DNA of 64,000 nucleotides from an uncultured Gemmatimonadaceae bacterium (lineage in GTDB: Bacteria; Gemmatimonadota; Gemmatimonadetes; Gemmatimonadales; Gemmatimonadaceae), in NCBI GenBank assembly GCA_963781585.1, contig CAWAGQ010000009.1, forward strand, positions 1 to 64,000, in the 5' to 3' direction. Position numbers and translations under genes: made by a program. This document shows, piece by piece, positions 19,126-29,616 of this stretch. Each line of letters starts with the position of its first letter. Position 1 is the stretch's first letter. Under the pieces are notes generated by a model, which saw only the letters and a program-made list of their open reading frames with translations, had not been told where the DNA came from and made no database searches.

Positions 19126-21963
19126 TCAGGGCAGCGCGCCGGCCGCGCCTGACCGCCGCGGATCGGCGCCGGCCGTCACCTTGCCGGGGCCAAACGCCAC
19201 TGCCGATCCGTAGCCCATGCGCAGCTCGCCCATCATGGAAATCACGTTGAAGTGGTAGCCGATCTGACGCAGGTGGTCGAGCACGTCGGGAGAAAACCCA
19301 TCCTCGATCTGCACCACGAATTCGCGTCCGCCCCCGCCTCCGCCGCGACCGCCGAATCCACCGCGTTGAGACGGCAGAAACCGCGGAAGTTCCAGAGCTC
19401 GCTGCGGGGAGAGCCCGAAATCCACCACGCCGACCAGGGTTTCGTAGACCGCGCTGGTGATCCAGGCGTTGCCCGCGGCGCCCACCGCAAGAACCGGCTT
19501 GCGCTCCGATCCGTTCCCGCGAAACACCAGGGTCGGCGCGAGTGTGCTGCCGTGGCGCGCGTACGGCAGGCGCGCCCCGTAGGAGTTTGGATCCGTCCCG
19601 TATGAGGTGAGCTTGTCGTTGTACAGAAAGCCGAGTCCGGGCGAAACGTAGAAGTTGCCGCCCCAGGTGCCGAGTGTCTGGGTCGCCGCCACGACGTTGC
19701 CGTCGGCGTCCGCCACCACGAACGCGGTAGTCCCGGAGGCGCGACAGACCGCGCCGTCGGCGTGCTGCTGACCGGCACACTCGTCGGCGGGCGGCGGTGG
19801 CGCGGAATCGGCACCGGACGCCGGGCGTCCGGCGCCACACACGAGCGAATCGCCGCGGAAGATGCGCGGCGTGAGGGCATGGTCGGGATCGAAGCACTTC
19901 CAGCGTGCGCGGGCCGTGTCCTTGCTGGTAAATGGCCGGACATCGACCGGCCACAAGCCCGGATCGGCAATGCGCCCGCGTGCGGACGGAACCAGCTGCC
20001 AGGCGGCGATCATCGCGTGCAGCGTGGCCGCATCGTCGGTGTACGCTTTCGGGGCGGCGACCTGCTCCAGCAGATTCAGCTGGGCCGCAAGCGTGGCGCC
20101 TCCGCTCACCGGCGGTGCGCTGGAGAAGACGGTCAGTCCGCGATACGTGGTGCTGACCGGTTCCCGATCGGCGGCGAAGTAGCGGCCCAGGTCGGACAGA
20201 GTGATCGCGTTTCCCTTCTCGCGCAGGTCGTTGACCAGCCGCCGCGCAACCTCGCCGCGATAGAACCCGTCGGCGCCATTCTTCGCGATCTGCTCGAGCG
20301 TCCAGGCCAGGTCGGCGTTCCGGATGCTGTCGCCCGCGACGACCGGCGCGCCGTTCCGGAAGAAGAGCGTGCGGCTGCCCTCGTATCTGGCGAAGCCCTC
20401 GCGTTCGGTGGCGAGGGTGGTGGCCAGGCCATCGCTCACGACGTAGCCGTCCCGTGCGGCACGGATCGCCGGCCCGAGCAGGTCGGCCCAGGGGATCTTC
20501 CCGCTGCCAAATTGCTTCCAGGCCGAGTACATCCCGGCCACTGTCCCGGGCACCATCGCCAGCACCGGACCGTCGGACGGGTAGCGCCCTCCCTGCAGCA
20601 GGCTGCCGTTGGAGAGACCGGCCTGCTCGGGAACGCGCGCCATGAACTCGATGAGCGCCGGGCGTTCCATGCCCTTGAGGCTGACCAGCATCTGGCCATA
20701 GCCGCCGGGGCCGCTGGCATCGGGCTCCACGACGCCTAACGCGAAGGAGACGGCAACGGCGGCGTCGACCACGTTGCCGCCGCGGCGCAGCATGTCGAGT
20801 CCGGCGGCGGTGGAGACCGGATTGGCGCTCGCGACCGCGGCCCGGCCGCTCGCCTCGTTGCGGAGCGTGGGCCGCGCCTGCAGCATGGCGTAGAGTACGC
20901 GCTCCAACGCGGCGTCGTCGCGGGCGGCCCCGGCCCGCGCTCGCCAGCTGTCGCGCATCGCAACCCACTTCGCGCGCCGATCCGCGGCGTCGGGAGTGCG
21001 GTAGTAGACGCGATCCATGCGTTCCCACACCCGGTCAAACGCCTCGACGTTGCGAGCCGCCTGGTCGAGTGGGGCATTGGCGACGACCGTGTCGGGCGAC
21101 TCGTCGGGCGGTACGGGCGCCTGCAGGTTCACCATGGCCTGCCCTGGGGCGAAGGTCTCCGCGGCATCGCGATCGCCCACCCGATCCGGATCGCCGTTGT
21201 ATCCGACCGGGTCGGGGGCACGCGCGGCCACCAGGATGGTACGGCCGTCGGGCGCCCAGCACGGCGCACCAGCCTCAGAGCTCACCTCGTTCACGTAGTG
21301 CCCGTCGACGGGTGCGACGTAAATACCGGGGCGCGGCGACGAGGAGTAGAAGGCGAGGCGCCGGCCGTCGGGTGACCACGAAGGGTTCTGCGGCGCGCGG
21401 TCGGCGACGACGACGCTGTCGCGACCCCCGGCAAGCGGTCTCACGAGCAGCCGCCGTCCGCCATCGCTCACCTGCACGTAGGCCACCCGTTTGCCATCCG
21501 GGGCGACCACCGGCCAGCGCTCGCCGAGTTCTGTCTTCGTCAGGCGCTGCTCGGTGCCGTCGGGCGCGCGGAGCCACAGGCGCGCGGATGCGCCGCGCCC
21601 GCGTACGAACACGATCGATCCGTCTGCCGCTACGCTCGGCTCCACGTCGGATGCCCGATCGGTGGTCAGCTGCGACGGGGCGTCGGCCGCACCGGTGGCA
21701 CTGATGGAGATTCGCCAGAGGTCGTCGTTCCCACCGCGATCCGACACGAACACCACCGATCGGCCATCGGGCGTCCACGCGGGCTGCCGGTCCCAGGGCT
21801 CGCCACTCGTCAGGCGGCTCCAGGACCTACCGGCGGCGTCCCGCAGCCACAAGTCCCCTTCGATGGACACGACCAGGCGGCCGTCGGTGGCAAATGCGGG
21901 ATCGCGGGGTGCGGGCGCGCCCTGCGACTGAAGCAGGGCGAGGAACGCCAACAGGATCGGCAT
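19126..21963 (-). CDS. Secreted fusion of PD40/TolB-like propeller, tricorn-C1-like helical domain and gamma-glutamyltransferase (Ntn hydrolase)
   Basis: Signal peptide, PAWTPDGR/PSWSPDGR repeats, FDRVWERMDRVYY segment, GGNVVDAAVAVSFALGVVEP, VPGTVAG, GFYRG, GTTAFVVADADGNVVA and ADPRR. Confidence 0.85.
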   Translation of the reverse strand: MPILLAFLALLQSQGAPAPRDPAFATDGRLVVSIEGDLWLRDAAGRSWSRLTSGEPWDRQPAWTPDGRSVVFVSDRGGNDDLWRISISATGAADAPSQLTTDRASDVEPSVAADGSIVFVRGRGASARLWLRAPDGTEQRLTKTELGERWPVVAPDGKRVAYVQVSDGGRRLLVRPLAGGRDSVVVADRAPQNPSWSPDGRRLAFYSSSPRPGIYVAPVDGHYVNEVSSEAGAPCWAPDGRTILVAARAPDPVGYNGDPDRVGDRDAAETFAPGQAMVNLQAPVPPDESPDTVVANAPLDQAARNVEAFDRVWERMDRVYYRTPDAADRRAKWVAMRDSWRARAGAARDDAALERVLYAMLQARPTLRNEASGRAAVASANPVSTAAGLDMLRRGGNVVDAAVAVSFALGVVEPDASGPGGYGQMLVSLKGMERPALIEFMARVPEQAGLSNGSLLQGGRYPSDGPVLAMVPGTVAGMYSAWKQFGSGKIPWADLLGPAIRAARDGYVVSDGLATTLATEREGFARYEGSRTLFFRNGAPVVAGDSIRNADLAWTLEQIAKNGADGFYRGEVARRLVNDLREKGNAITLSDLGRYFAADREPVSTTYRGLTVFSSAPPVSGGATLAAQLNLLEQVAAPKAYTDDAATLHAMIAAWQLVPSARGRIADPGLWPVDVRPFTSKDTARARWKCFDPDHALTPRIFRGDSLVCGAGRPASGADSAPPPPADECAGQQHADGAVCRASGTTAFVVADADGNVVAATQTLGTWGGNFYVSPGLGFLYNDKLTSYGTDPNSYGARLPYARHGSTLAPTLVFRGNGSERKPVLAVGAAGNAWITSAVYETLVGVVDFGLSPQRALELPRFLPSQRGGFGGRGGGGGGREFVVQIEDGFSPDVLDHLRQIGYHFNVISMMGELRMGYGSAVAFGPGKVTAGADPRRSGAAGALP

Positions 21964-22159
21964 GAGGGTCGCCTCGGCGCCGGAGGCGCCATCGGGGGAA
22001 CGAACGGTCGCTGCCGGTACGATTCGCACCCGGGGCCGGCCTCGTCAACCGGGGGTGCAGGTCGCACATTCCCCGGGCACCTCATCGGACCAGCGACTCT
22101 CGCGGCGTCACGGCACACATGACGTAGCACCGACGCATTCCCTTCCCGAGCCTCCGCCG

Positions 22160-23308
22160 GTGACCGAACCGTCGTACGATCTGCAGGCGATCCGGACGCG
22201 CATCCCCATTCTGGGACACGCGATTCCCATGAACAACTGCTCGCAGGCGCCGCTGAGCGACGCCACGCGGGCGGCGGCCGACGAGTTCGTCAGCTCCTGG
22301 AATTCGCGCGGGATGGATTGGGAGCGTTGGATGCACGAGGTCGATCTCGCGAAAGCCGAGTTCGCGCGTCTCATCAACGCCGATGCGGACGAGGTCGCGG
22401 CCGTGACGTCGGTGTCTCACGCCACCAGCGTGATCGCGAGCTCGCTCCTGTACGACGCCGGACGGGACGGCGTGGTGACCAGCGCCGCCGAGTTTCCAAC
22501 GGTCGGCCATGTGTGGCTCGCGCACGAGCGCGTTGGAGCGTCAGTGCGCTGGGTTCCGATACGCGACGGCGCCCTGGAAGTAGAGGACTACGCGCGGGTG
22601 GTGGACGACCACACGGCTGTGATATCCGCGACACTGGCGTACTTCCTCAACGGCTTCAGGCAGGACGTGACCGCGTTGGCGACGGTGGCGCACGAACGCG
22701 GCGCCCTGCTGTACGTCGACGCGTACCAGGCGCTGGGCGCGGCGCCGTTCGATGTGAAGACCAGCGGAGTCGATTTCCTGGCCTCGGGAACCCTCAAGTT
22801 CCTCATGGGGACGCCGGGCATCGCGTTTCTGTATGCGCGTCGCGATCTGCTCCATCGGCTCCATCCCACTTATACGGGGTGGTTTGGCCGCGTGAACCCG
22901 TACGCCTTCGACACGACGCGCCTCGACTGGTCGCCTACGGCCAGCCGGTTCGAAGCCGGCACACCGTCGATCTTCAGCGCGTACGTGAGCCGGGCCGGCA
23001 TGGCGCTTGTGAACGAGGTCGGCGCGGCAGCGATCGGGGAGTGGAATGGCGAGTTGTCCCGCCGACTGGTCGAGGGGGGCATCGCCCGCGGTCTCCAGGT
23101 GTTAGGCCCGGGGCTCTCGCGGCCAAAGACGCCGACGACCGCTTTCCGGTGTTCGATCGACTCGCACGTCGTGGAGGAGCGGCTGCGCGGCCGGGGCGTG
23201 ATCGCGTCGGCGCGCGGGCCGGTGATCCGGCTGGCTCCGCACTTCTACTCGACGCTCGACGACGTGGACCGGGCCCTCGACGCGCTGGTGGCGGTGACGC
23301 AGGGGTGA
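22160..23308 (+). CDS. Aminotransferase class V / kynureninase-like PLP enzyme
   Basis: EFPT, VDAYQALG, PLP lysine in SGTLKFLMGTPG, GWFG, RFEAGTP and RLAPHFY. No desulfurase catalytic Cys loop is evident. Confidence 0.85.
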   Translation: MTEPSYDLQAIRTRIPILGHAIPMNNCSQAPLSDATRAAADEFVSSWNSRGMDWERWMHEVDLAKAEFARLINADADEVAAVTSVSHATSVIASSLLYDAGRDGVVTSAAEFPTVGHVWLAHERVGASVRWVPIRDGALEVEDYARVVDDHTAVISATLAYFLNGFRQDVTALATVAHERGALLYVDAYQALGAAPFDVKTSGVDFLASGTLKFLMGTPGIAFLYARRDLLHRLHPTYTGWFGRVNPYAFDTTRLDWSPTASRFEAGTPSIFSAYVSRAGMALVNEVGAAAIGEWNGELSRRLVEGGIARGLQVLGPGLSRPKTPTTAFRCSIDSHVVEERLRGRGVIASARGPVIRLAPHFYSTLDDVDRALDALVAVTQG

Positions 23309-24642
23309 GCGCGGCCCGCGAGACATTCGGCTCGCGCTTCGGCGTGTTGATGACCATGGTGGGCGTCGCAGTGGGATTGGGCAACGTGTGGCGCTTCCCG
23401 TATATGGTGGGGCGTTACGGCGGGGCCGCGTTCGTGATGGTCTACGTCGTGCTCGCGCTGGGGATCGGCGTGCCGGCGCTGATGGGGGAATGGGCGGTGG
23501 GGCGCCATGCGCGGCGGGGAACCGTGGGCGCGTTCGCGGCCGCTGGGCTCCCGGGCGGGTCGGCGCTGGGGTGGGTGCTGTTCGCGGTGGTCATCGCCGC
23601 CACTGCCTACTACACGAACGTGGTGGGGTGGGTGCTCTACTACGCCGTGGGCGAAATAGGCGTGGCGGTGGGCGCGACGTGGTCGAGCAGCGCCGTGCTC
23701 CCGCCCCAGGAGGGGTTCTCGCGGACGGCGTTCGCCCTCCAGGTGCTGTGCACCGTGGCGGTCATCGGCAGCTGTGGGGTGATTCTCGCGCGTGGACTCC
23801 GGTCGGGCATCGAGCGGGCGAGCCGGGTGATCATGCCGGCGCTGTTTGTGATCCTGCTGCTGCTCATTGTCCGCAGCGTCACGCTCCCGGGCGCCGGCAC
23901 CGGGCTGCGGTGGTACCTCGGCAAGTTCGCGTGGTCGGACCTGACGCCGACGGTGATGGTGGCCGCGATGGGACACGCGGTATTCTCCATGTCGTTAGGC
24001 GGCACGTTCATGGTGACCTACGGATCGTACCTCGAGGGCCGCCAGGATCTGGGCCGCAATGCGATCGGCACCGCGCTCGGAGACACCTTGGCGGGGCTGC
24101 TCGCCGGACTGGTGATCTTCCCCGCCGTCTTCGCGTTCGGCCTGACGCCGGGAAGCGGCCCGGGCCTGGTGTTCGACACCATCCCGCGCGTGTTCGCGCA
24201 GATGCCCTTTGGCGCGCTCTTCGGTCTCCTGTTCTTCGCCGGGCTGTTCGGTGCCGCCTACCTGTCCGACGTCGCCGCGTTCGAAGTGCTCGTGGCCGGC
24301 CTGACCGACAATACCTCGCTTTCCCGGAAGCGAGCCATCTGGCTCATGGCTGGAGCGGTATTCGTGGTCTCGCTGGTACCCATGATCAACCTGCGCGTTT
24401 TCCTCCATTGGGATCTGACCTTCGGCTCCGGTATGCAGACCTTCGGCGCGCTCTGCGCCGCCCTCACCGCAGGCTGGGCGCTCAAGCGCGGCGAACTGCT
24501 GCGGCAGCTGGGGCCGGGGGCCCTGACGGGGTGGAGGCGCTGGATACCGTTCTGGCTCAGGTACGTTGTGCCGGGGGCGATTCTCGCGGTGGGTATCTGG
24601 TGGGTACTCACCGACGTGCTGGGGGTCCTGGGAGGGGCGTAG
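23305..24642 (+). CDS. Sodium-dependent transporter, neurotransmitter:sodium symporter (NSS) family
   Basis: RETFGSRFG, AVGLGNVWRFPY, FSMSLG, TYGSY and GPGLVF. GTGA overlap with the upstream gene. Confidence 0.92.
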   Translation: MSAARETFGSRFGVLMTMVGVAVGLGNVWRFPYMVGRYGGAAFVMVYVVLALGIGVPALMGEWAVGRHARRGTVGAFAAAGLPGGSALGWVLFAVVIAATAYYTNVVGWVLYYAVGEIGVAVGATWSSSAVLPPQEGFSRTAFALQVLCTVAVIGSCGVILARGLRSGIERASRVIMPALFVILLLLIVRSVTLPGAGTGLRWYLGKFAWSDLTPTVMVAAMGHAVFSMSLGGTFMVTYGSYLEGRQDLGRNAIGTALGDTLAGLLAGLVIFPAVFAFGLTPGSGPGLVFDTIPRVFAQMPFGALFGLLFFAGLFGAAYLSDVAAFEVLVAGLTDNTSLSRKRAIWLMAGAVFVVSLVPMINLRVFLHWDLTFGSGMQTFGALCAALTAGWALKRGELLRQLGPGALTGWRRWIPFWLRYVVPGAILAVGIWWVLTDVLGVLGGA

Positions 24643-24813
24643 CGGTTCTGGCGGGTAAGGACGGCGGGCGGTAAGGTTGAGGCTGCCGAGTTTGGGAGCA
24701 GGAGCTACAGGTCGTTTTCCGAACCGCGCCGCCCAGGTCGCAGTCCGAACGTCAGGCGCCGGATATGGGCGCAAAGCGCGCGCGCCGCGAACCACGTTGA
24801 GCCGGAGGTTCTC

Positions 24814-25236
24814 ATGGATCTCGGTCGCATCATCAAGACAACGCTGGTCGCCGGAATTGTCGCCAACGCCATCGACTACGTGTCGTTCACGTTCCTGTTC
24901 ACGAGCTACATGCAGCTCCCCTTCATGAATCCGATGCCGCCGATCGCCTGGCTCGTGATCGGAGACTTCGTGGCCGCGCTGATTTTCGTCGTCGTCTTCG
25001 CCCGGGTGCGTGGGAGCTTCGGGCCGGGCGCGATGGGCGGGATGACGTACGGCCTCTACGCGGGCATTCTGATGAACTTCCCGGTCTGGATTCTCATGCA
25101 CCTGATCGTGAAGGACTGGCCGTACGGGTACTCCTGGTTCTCCACCATCTACGGCATCGTGTGGGCCGTGATCGTCGGGGCGGCGGCGGGCGCCGTGTTC
25201 GGGGCGCCCCGCAGCGCGCAGACTGCGGCGCCGTAA
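24814..25236 (+). CDS. Hypothetical 4-TM membrane protein
   Basis: GGAGG RBS and four hydrophobic segments. Confidence 0.75.
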   Translation: MDLGRIIKTTLVAGIVANAIDYVSFTFLFTSYMQLPFMNPMPPIAWLVIGDFVAALIFVVVFARVRGSFGPGAMGGMTYGLYAGILMNFPVWILMHLIVKDWPYGYSWFSTIYGIVWAVIVGAAAGAVFGAPRSAQTAAP

Positions 25237-25429
25237 TCGCGGAGTCGGGGGTGATCGGTCGCGGCGGGTCGGGATCGCTCCCGGCCCGCCGCGCGTCTGC
25301 GCGGGGTCCTACGTCCGTGACGCGGCTGCCCTCCCGCAGAAATGGTCGAACGGTTCGCGGGCGTCCTGGATAGTGTCGGGCAGCCGCGTCCCCTGGGCCG
25401 GCAGGAGGTCGGCGGCCTGCTCGCTCTGC

Positions 25430-28400
25430 CTACGCGGGGGAATCGCCAGCCGCCGCGATGCGAAACTGGCGCCCGCGGATCGCCACCAGGAGGGTCGGCA
25501 CCACGTACAGCGTGATGGGCGTGGAGAGGGCCAGCCCGCCGATGACGGCGAGGGCGAGGGGGCGTTGCAACTCGCTCCCGGCGCCGATGCCCATGGCCAA
25601 TGGCAGCAGGCCGAACAGCGTGCACAGCGTGGTCATCAGGATCGGCCGCAGTCGGACGCGCGCCGCTTCCCGGATCGCATCCTCCAGGGGGAGCGCATCG
25701 GCAAGCATCAGGCGCCGTGTGAAGTCGAGCAGGATGATCCCGTTCTTCACGATGAGGCCAACCAGCAGAATCAGGCCCATGAACGACGACACGTTCAACG
25801 CCGTGCCGGTGATCAGCAGCAGCACCAGCGCGCCGCCGAACGACAGAGGCGCGGCGAGGAGCACCACCAGGGGCTCCACGAACGACTGGAACTGTACGAC
25901 CATGACGGCCACCACGCTGGCGGCGGCGAGGGCCAGCACCAGGAGCAGCGCGTCGAACGCTTCCCGCTGGGGACGATCCAGACCGCCCAGTTCGACGCGG
26001 ATTCCGGCCGGTGCGGGATTGCCCGCGAGGATCTTTCTCACGTCGACCATGATATCGCCTAACGCGCGTCCACTGACGTCGGCGGTCAGGGTGATCATCT
26101 GCTGCTGGTTCTCGCGCAGCAGCTCGGCGCGACTCTCCACAGGCTCGAACCAGGCCAGCGCGCCCAGAGGCACGGTCTCGCGGGTAAGGGGCGAGAGCAC
26201 CGGCAGCGCGCCAAGCAGCGCCGGCGTGAACCGCACCGAGTCAGGCGCGCGGACGCGGACGTTGATGGAGCGGTCGTCCAGCCGCACTTCGCCGGCGCCG
26301 ACGCCGAGCAAGGCACCGCTCACCCCGGCCCCCACGTCTTCCGGGGTCAGCCCGACCCGGTTCGCTTCCGGCGTGCGGACGTGCATCAGGAGTTCCGCGC
26401 TCGGTTCGCTCACTCCGTCATACAGGTCCTCCAGGCCGTCCACTTTCTCCAGGTTCCCGGCCAAGGCCTTGCCGTAGGACTCCAGCGCAACCAGGTCCGG
26501 GCCAAAGAGCTTGATCTCCACCGGCCGGGAAACGCCGGAGGCATCGTTGAGCACGTCGGTGATGATCTGCACGAACTCGATGCGCAGGCGTGGCAGTCCG
26601 GTCTCGATCCGGGTTCGGACGTCGTCGATGACGTCGAACACCGACCGGTCCCGAGCGCCGCGCGGCACCAGTCGGACGACCAGGTCACCTCGATTCTGCA
26701 GCGTGGCGAAGAGTCCGAGTTCCGCGCCGGTGCGTCGGGAGGTTCCCGAGATTTCCGGTGTCCCGCCAAGAATCCGCTCTACCAGGCGGAGTTGCCGGTC
26801 GGTCTCATCCAGCGCCGTTCCGCCCGGCGTCCAGTAGTCCAGCACAAATGCGCCCTCGTCCATGTCGGGCAGAAACCCGGTGCTTGCCGCGCGTTGGGCG
26901 ATCACCCCACCCAGCACCAGCGCACCGGCGCCGGCAAAGATCCATCCCCGGTGCCGCAAGGCGCTGCCGAGGGTGCGCGCATAGCGGGTCGCGAGCGCAT
27001 CCACCGCCCGCCCGAATCGCTCCAGCACCGTGGGGGTCGCCCCCGAGGCAGTCGCGTCGGCCGCGGTTTCCGCGTCCCGCGGGACCAGAAACTGATCGCT
27101 GAGCAGTGGGATGATGGTCAGCGCAAGCACCAGCGAGACGAGCACCGCGATGGTGAGGGTAATGGACAGCGCGGCGAAGAATTGCCCGGCAACGCCGGTG
27201 AGCAGCCGCAGCGGCAGGAATACCACCACGGTAGTCAGCGTTGACGTGGTCACCGGCCAGATGATTTCCTGCACCGCTTCCCGGATCGCGCGCGTGCGAT
27301 CCGGGGTGAGATGGATGTGTCGGACGATGTTTTCGGTGATGACCACCGCGTCGTCGATCACCAGGCCTGTGGCTATGGCCATCGCCCCCAGTGTCATCAG
27401 GTTGAACGTCTGGCCGACGTACGACATCACCAGCACCGTGATCGCCATGGTCAACGGGATCGCGGAAGCGCTGATGGCGGTGATACGCGCGTGCTGGAGG
27501 AAGACCATCAGCACGACGATGGCCAGGAAGGCGCCGATCAGCATCGCGTCGCGCACCGAGCGCACCGCGTCGCGCACCAGGATCGCCTGGTCGTAGACCG
27601 GCTTGAGACGCACGCCCGGTGGCAGCGTCGGGGTGAGGGCGCGAACCACCCCGGCCACGCTGTCGGCGACCGCTACCGAATTCCCCCCGATCTGCCTGGT
27701 GATGTTCACTTGCGCGACGAGCTGACCGTCTCCACTGATAATCCGGACGCGGTCCTCGCGACCAAGTTCCACGCTCGCGAGATCGCGCACCCGCAGCCCG
27801 TGGGCGACGACGATGTTCGCGATGTCGTCCACCGAGTGCGCCTCGTGCGCGGTGACGACAAGGTATTGTCTGTAGTCCCGGGGCATCCGGCCTACCGCCC
27901 CCACCACGGTCGACTGCCGGATGGTCGCAGCGAGGTCGTCGTAGGTGAGTCCCTGCTGGGCCAGTCGTGCCGGATCGGCCACCACTTCGACTTCGCGGAC
28001 GTCGGTCCCTTCGACATCGACCCGACCGACCCCGGGGACGCGGGAGATCACCGGCTTGATCTGGTACCGCGCGATGTCGTACAGCGTTGCCGGGTCGCCG
28101 CCCTCCAGATTGTAGGAGAGAATCGGGAACAGTGACGGCGTGAGGCGATCGACGACGATCTCGAGATCCGCCGGCAGATCGCCTCGCACCTCGTTCACGC
28201 GCTCCTGCACCAGCTGCAGCGCGTAGCGCATGTCTGTCCCGGACGTAAACGTGACGTTGATCTCGGCAGCGCCGCGGATGGAGCGGGAGTCGACGCGTAT
28301 CACGCCGGGGACGATGCTGATGGATTCTTCGATGGGGCGTGTGATGCTGAAGACCACCTGCCTGGCCCCCAGCGACGAGCCCTGGGCGACGATGGTGACG

Positions 28401-28543
28401 CGGGGAAACGTCAGCTCGGGATAAATCGCCGACGGCAGTCGGAGCGCGGCCCAGACACCCCCCGCGCTCAACAGCGCGACTGCGAGGTAGATGAATCGGC
28501 GCTGGCCGGCGAGTACGTCGAAAAGTCCCCGATGCGACGTCAC
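25430..28543 (-). CDS. RND efflux permease (CusA/CzcA-like)
   Basis: 1037 aa with GLVIDDAVVITENI, FLPDMDEG, GLIVKNGIILLDF, RLRPILMTT and LQRPLA. Confidence 0.92.
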   Translation of the reverse strand: MTSHRGLFDVLAGQRRFIYLAVALLSAGGVWAALRLPSAIYPELTFPRVTIVAQGSSLGARQVVFSITRPIEESISIVPGVIRVDSRSIRGAAEINVTFTSGTDMRYALQLVQERVNEVRGDLPADLEIVVDRLTPSLFPILSYNLEGGDPATLYDIARYQIKPVISRVPGVGRVDVEGTDVREVEVVADPARLAQQGLTYDDLAATIRQSTVVGAVGRMPRDYRQYLVVTAHEAHSVDDIANIVVAHGLRVRDLASVELGREDRVRIISGDGQLVAQVNITRQIGGNSVAVADSVAGVVRALTPTLPPGVRLKPVYDQAILVRDAVRSVRDAMLIGAFLAIVVLMVFLQHARITAISASAIPLTMAITVLVMSYVGQTFNLMTLGAMAIATGLVIDDAVVITENIVRHIHLTPDRTRAIREAVQEIIWPVTTSTLTTVVVFLPLRLLTGVAGQFFAALSITLTIAVLVSLVLALTIIPLLSDQFLVPRDAETAADATASGATPTVLERFGRAVDALATRYARTLGSALRHRGWIFAGAGALVLGGVIAQRAASTGFLPDMDEGAFVLDYWTPGGTALDETDRQLRLVERILGGTPEISGTSRRTGAELGLFATLQNRGDLVVRLVPRGARDRSVFDVIDDVRTRIETGLPRLRIEFVQIITDVLNDASGVSRPVEIKLFGPDLVALESYGKALAGNLEKVDGLEDLYDGVSEPSAELLMHVRTPEANRVGLTPEDVGAGVSGALLGVGAGEVRLDDRSINVRVRAPDSVRFTPALLGALPVLSPLTRETVPLGALAWFEPVESRAELLRENQQQMITLTADVSGRALGDIMVDVRKILAGNPAPAGIRVELGGLDRPQREAFDALLLVLALAAASVVAVMVVQFQSFVEPLVVLLAAPLSFGGALVLLLITGTALNVSSFMGLILLVGLIVKNGIILLDFTRRLMLADALPLEDAIREAARVRLRPILMTTLCTLFGLLPLAMGIGAGSELQRPLALAVIGGLALSTPITLYVVPTLLVAIRGRQFRIAAAGDSPA

Positions 28544-29616
28544 GGCTTTGCCTGAAGCACCTTCGCGCCATCGTCGATGCCGTAGGCGCCGTACGTCACC
28601 ACGCGCTCACCGGCCGCGAGTCCGTTCAGAATCTGCGCAACGTCGCCGTGTCGCGCGCCGACGGTCACGGCACGGGCATGCGCGATATCCGCGGAATCCA
28701 CCACGAAGACCTTGAACCCTTCACCTTCCGGCACGAGCGCATCGCCGGGCACGGTGATCGCGTTCGCGTGCGTGACGATGGTGACGATTCCGGTGACGGT
28801 CTCGCCGATGCGCAGCACCGACCGTGTGACGCCGGGCCGCACCCGCACGGCGACGCTTCGGGTTGTCGTATCCACCACTCCGCCGACGTCCGAGACCGTT
28901 CCCCGCCCGAGCGTATCTCCGGTGGTGCTCTGCCCACCGCGCAGCACAACCGCCGCGCCCGATCGCACCCGTCCCGCATCGGCCGGGGTCATCTCCAGCA
29001 CCACATCCGCGGCCGTCGGGTCCGCCACTTCGACCAGCACCTGATTCTCGTCCACCGATGCCCCCAACAGGGCGCTCATTCGCGTTACCACGCCGCTGAA
29101 CGGAGAACGCAGCACGGAGAGGTCGACCGCGCGGTTGGCCGCAACCACGTTCGCGCGCGCCAGGGCGAGATCGGCGCCCGCCTGGTCGAGTTCCTTCCGC
29201 GGTGCAATGCCGGCCGCAACCAGCCGCTGGGCGCGTTGATACGCACTGTCGGCCGCGTTCATCGCGGCCGTCGCGCTCCGCAGGCTCGCCTCGAACACCG
29301 ACTGGTCGAGGTGGACAAGCTCCGTTCCGGCCTGCACGTGCTGTCCGGTGGCGACCAGGACCTGAAGCACGCGCGTGGGAGCCGGCGCGCTGAGCGCTGC
29401 CACGTGCCCGGGTCGCGGCACCACGTTTCCGATGGCGCTGATGGTCTCGGTGAAAGGACCGGCCGTCACGAGCACGGTCCGCACGCTCACCTCGACGGGC
29501 GACGATTCCTGTCCGCTGTCTCCCTCGGATTTGCCGCATGCCGTGGCAGCGGTCAGCGCGAGAAGGCCGAGCGCGACACGGGCGAAAGACCGGCGACGCG
29601 AGTGGCGACGCATCAT
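28540..29616 (-). CDS. RND periplasmic adaptor (MFP) lipoprotein
   Basis: Lipobox ATAC, GQHVQAG, LRSPFSGVV and GLAAGERVV. Overlaps both neighbours. Confidence 0.9.
   Translation of the reverse strand: MMRRHSRRRSFARVALGLLALTAATACGKSEGDSGQESSPVEVSVRTVLVTAGPFTETISAIGNVVPRPGHVAALSAPAPTRVLQVLVATGQHVQAGTELVHLDQSVFEASLRSATAAMNAADSAYQRAQRLVAAGIAPRKELDQAGADLALARANVVAANRAVDLSVLRSPFSGVVTRMSALLGASVDENQVLVEVADPTAADVVLEMTPADAGRVRSGAAVVLRGGQSTTGDTLGRGTVSDVGGVVDTTTRSVAVRVRPGVTRSVLRIGETVTGIVTIVTHANAITVPGDALVPEGEGFKVFVVDSADIAHARAVTVGARHGDVAQILNGLAAGERVVTYGAYGIDDGAKVLQAKP

Noticed and set aside
24649..24677. Short GGTAAGG duplication after the NSS gene
   Set aside because: Only two copies, too short to distinguish from chance.
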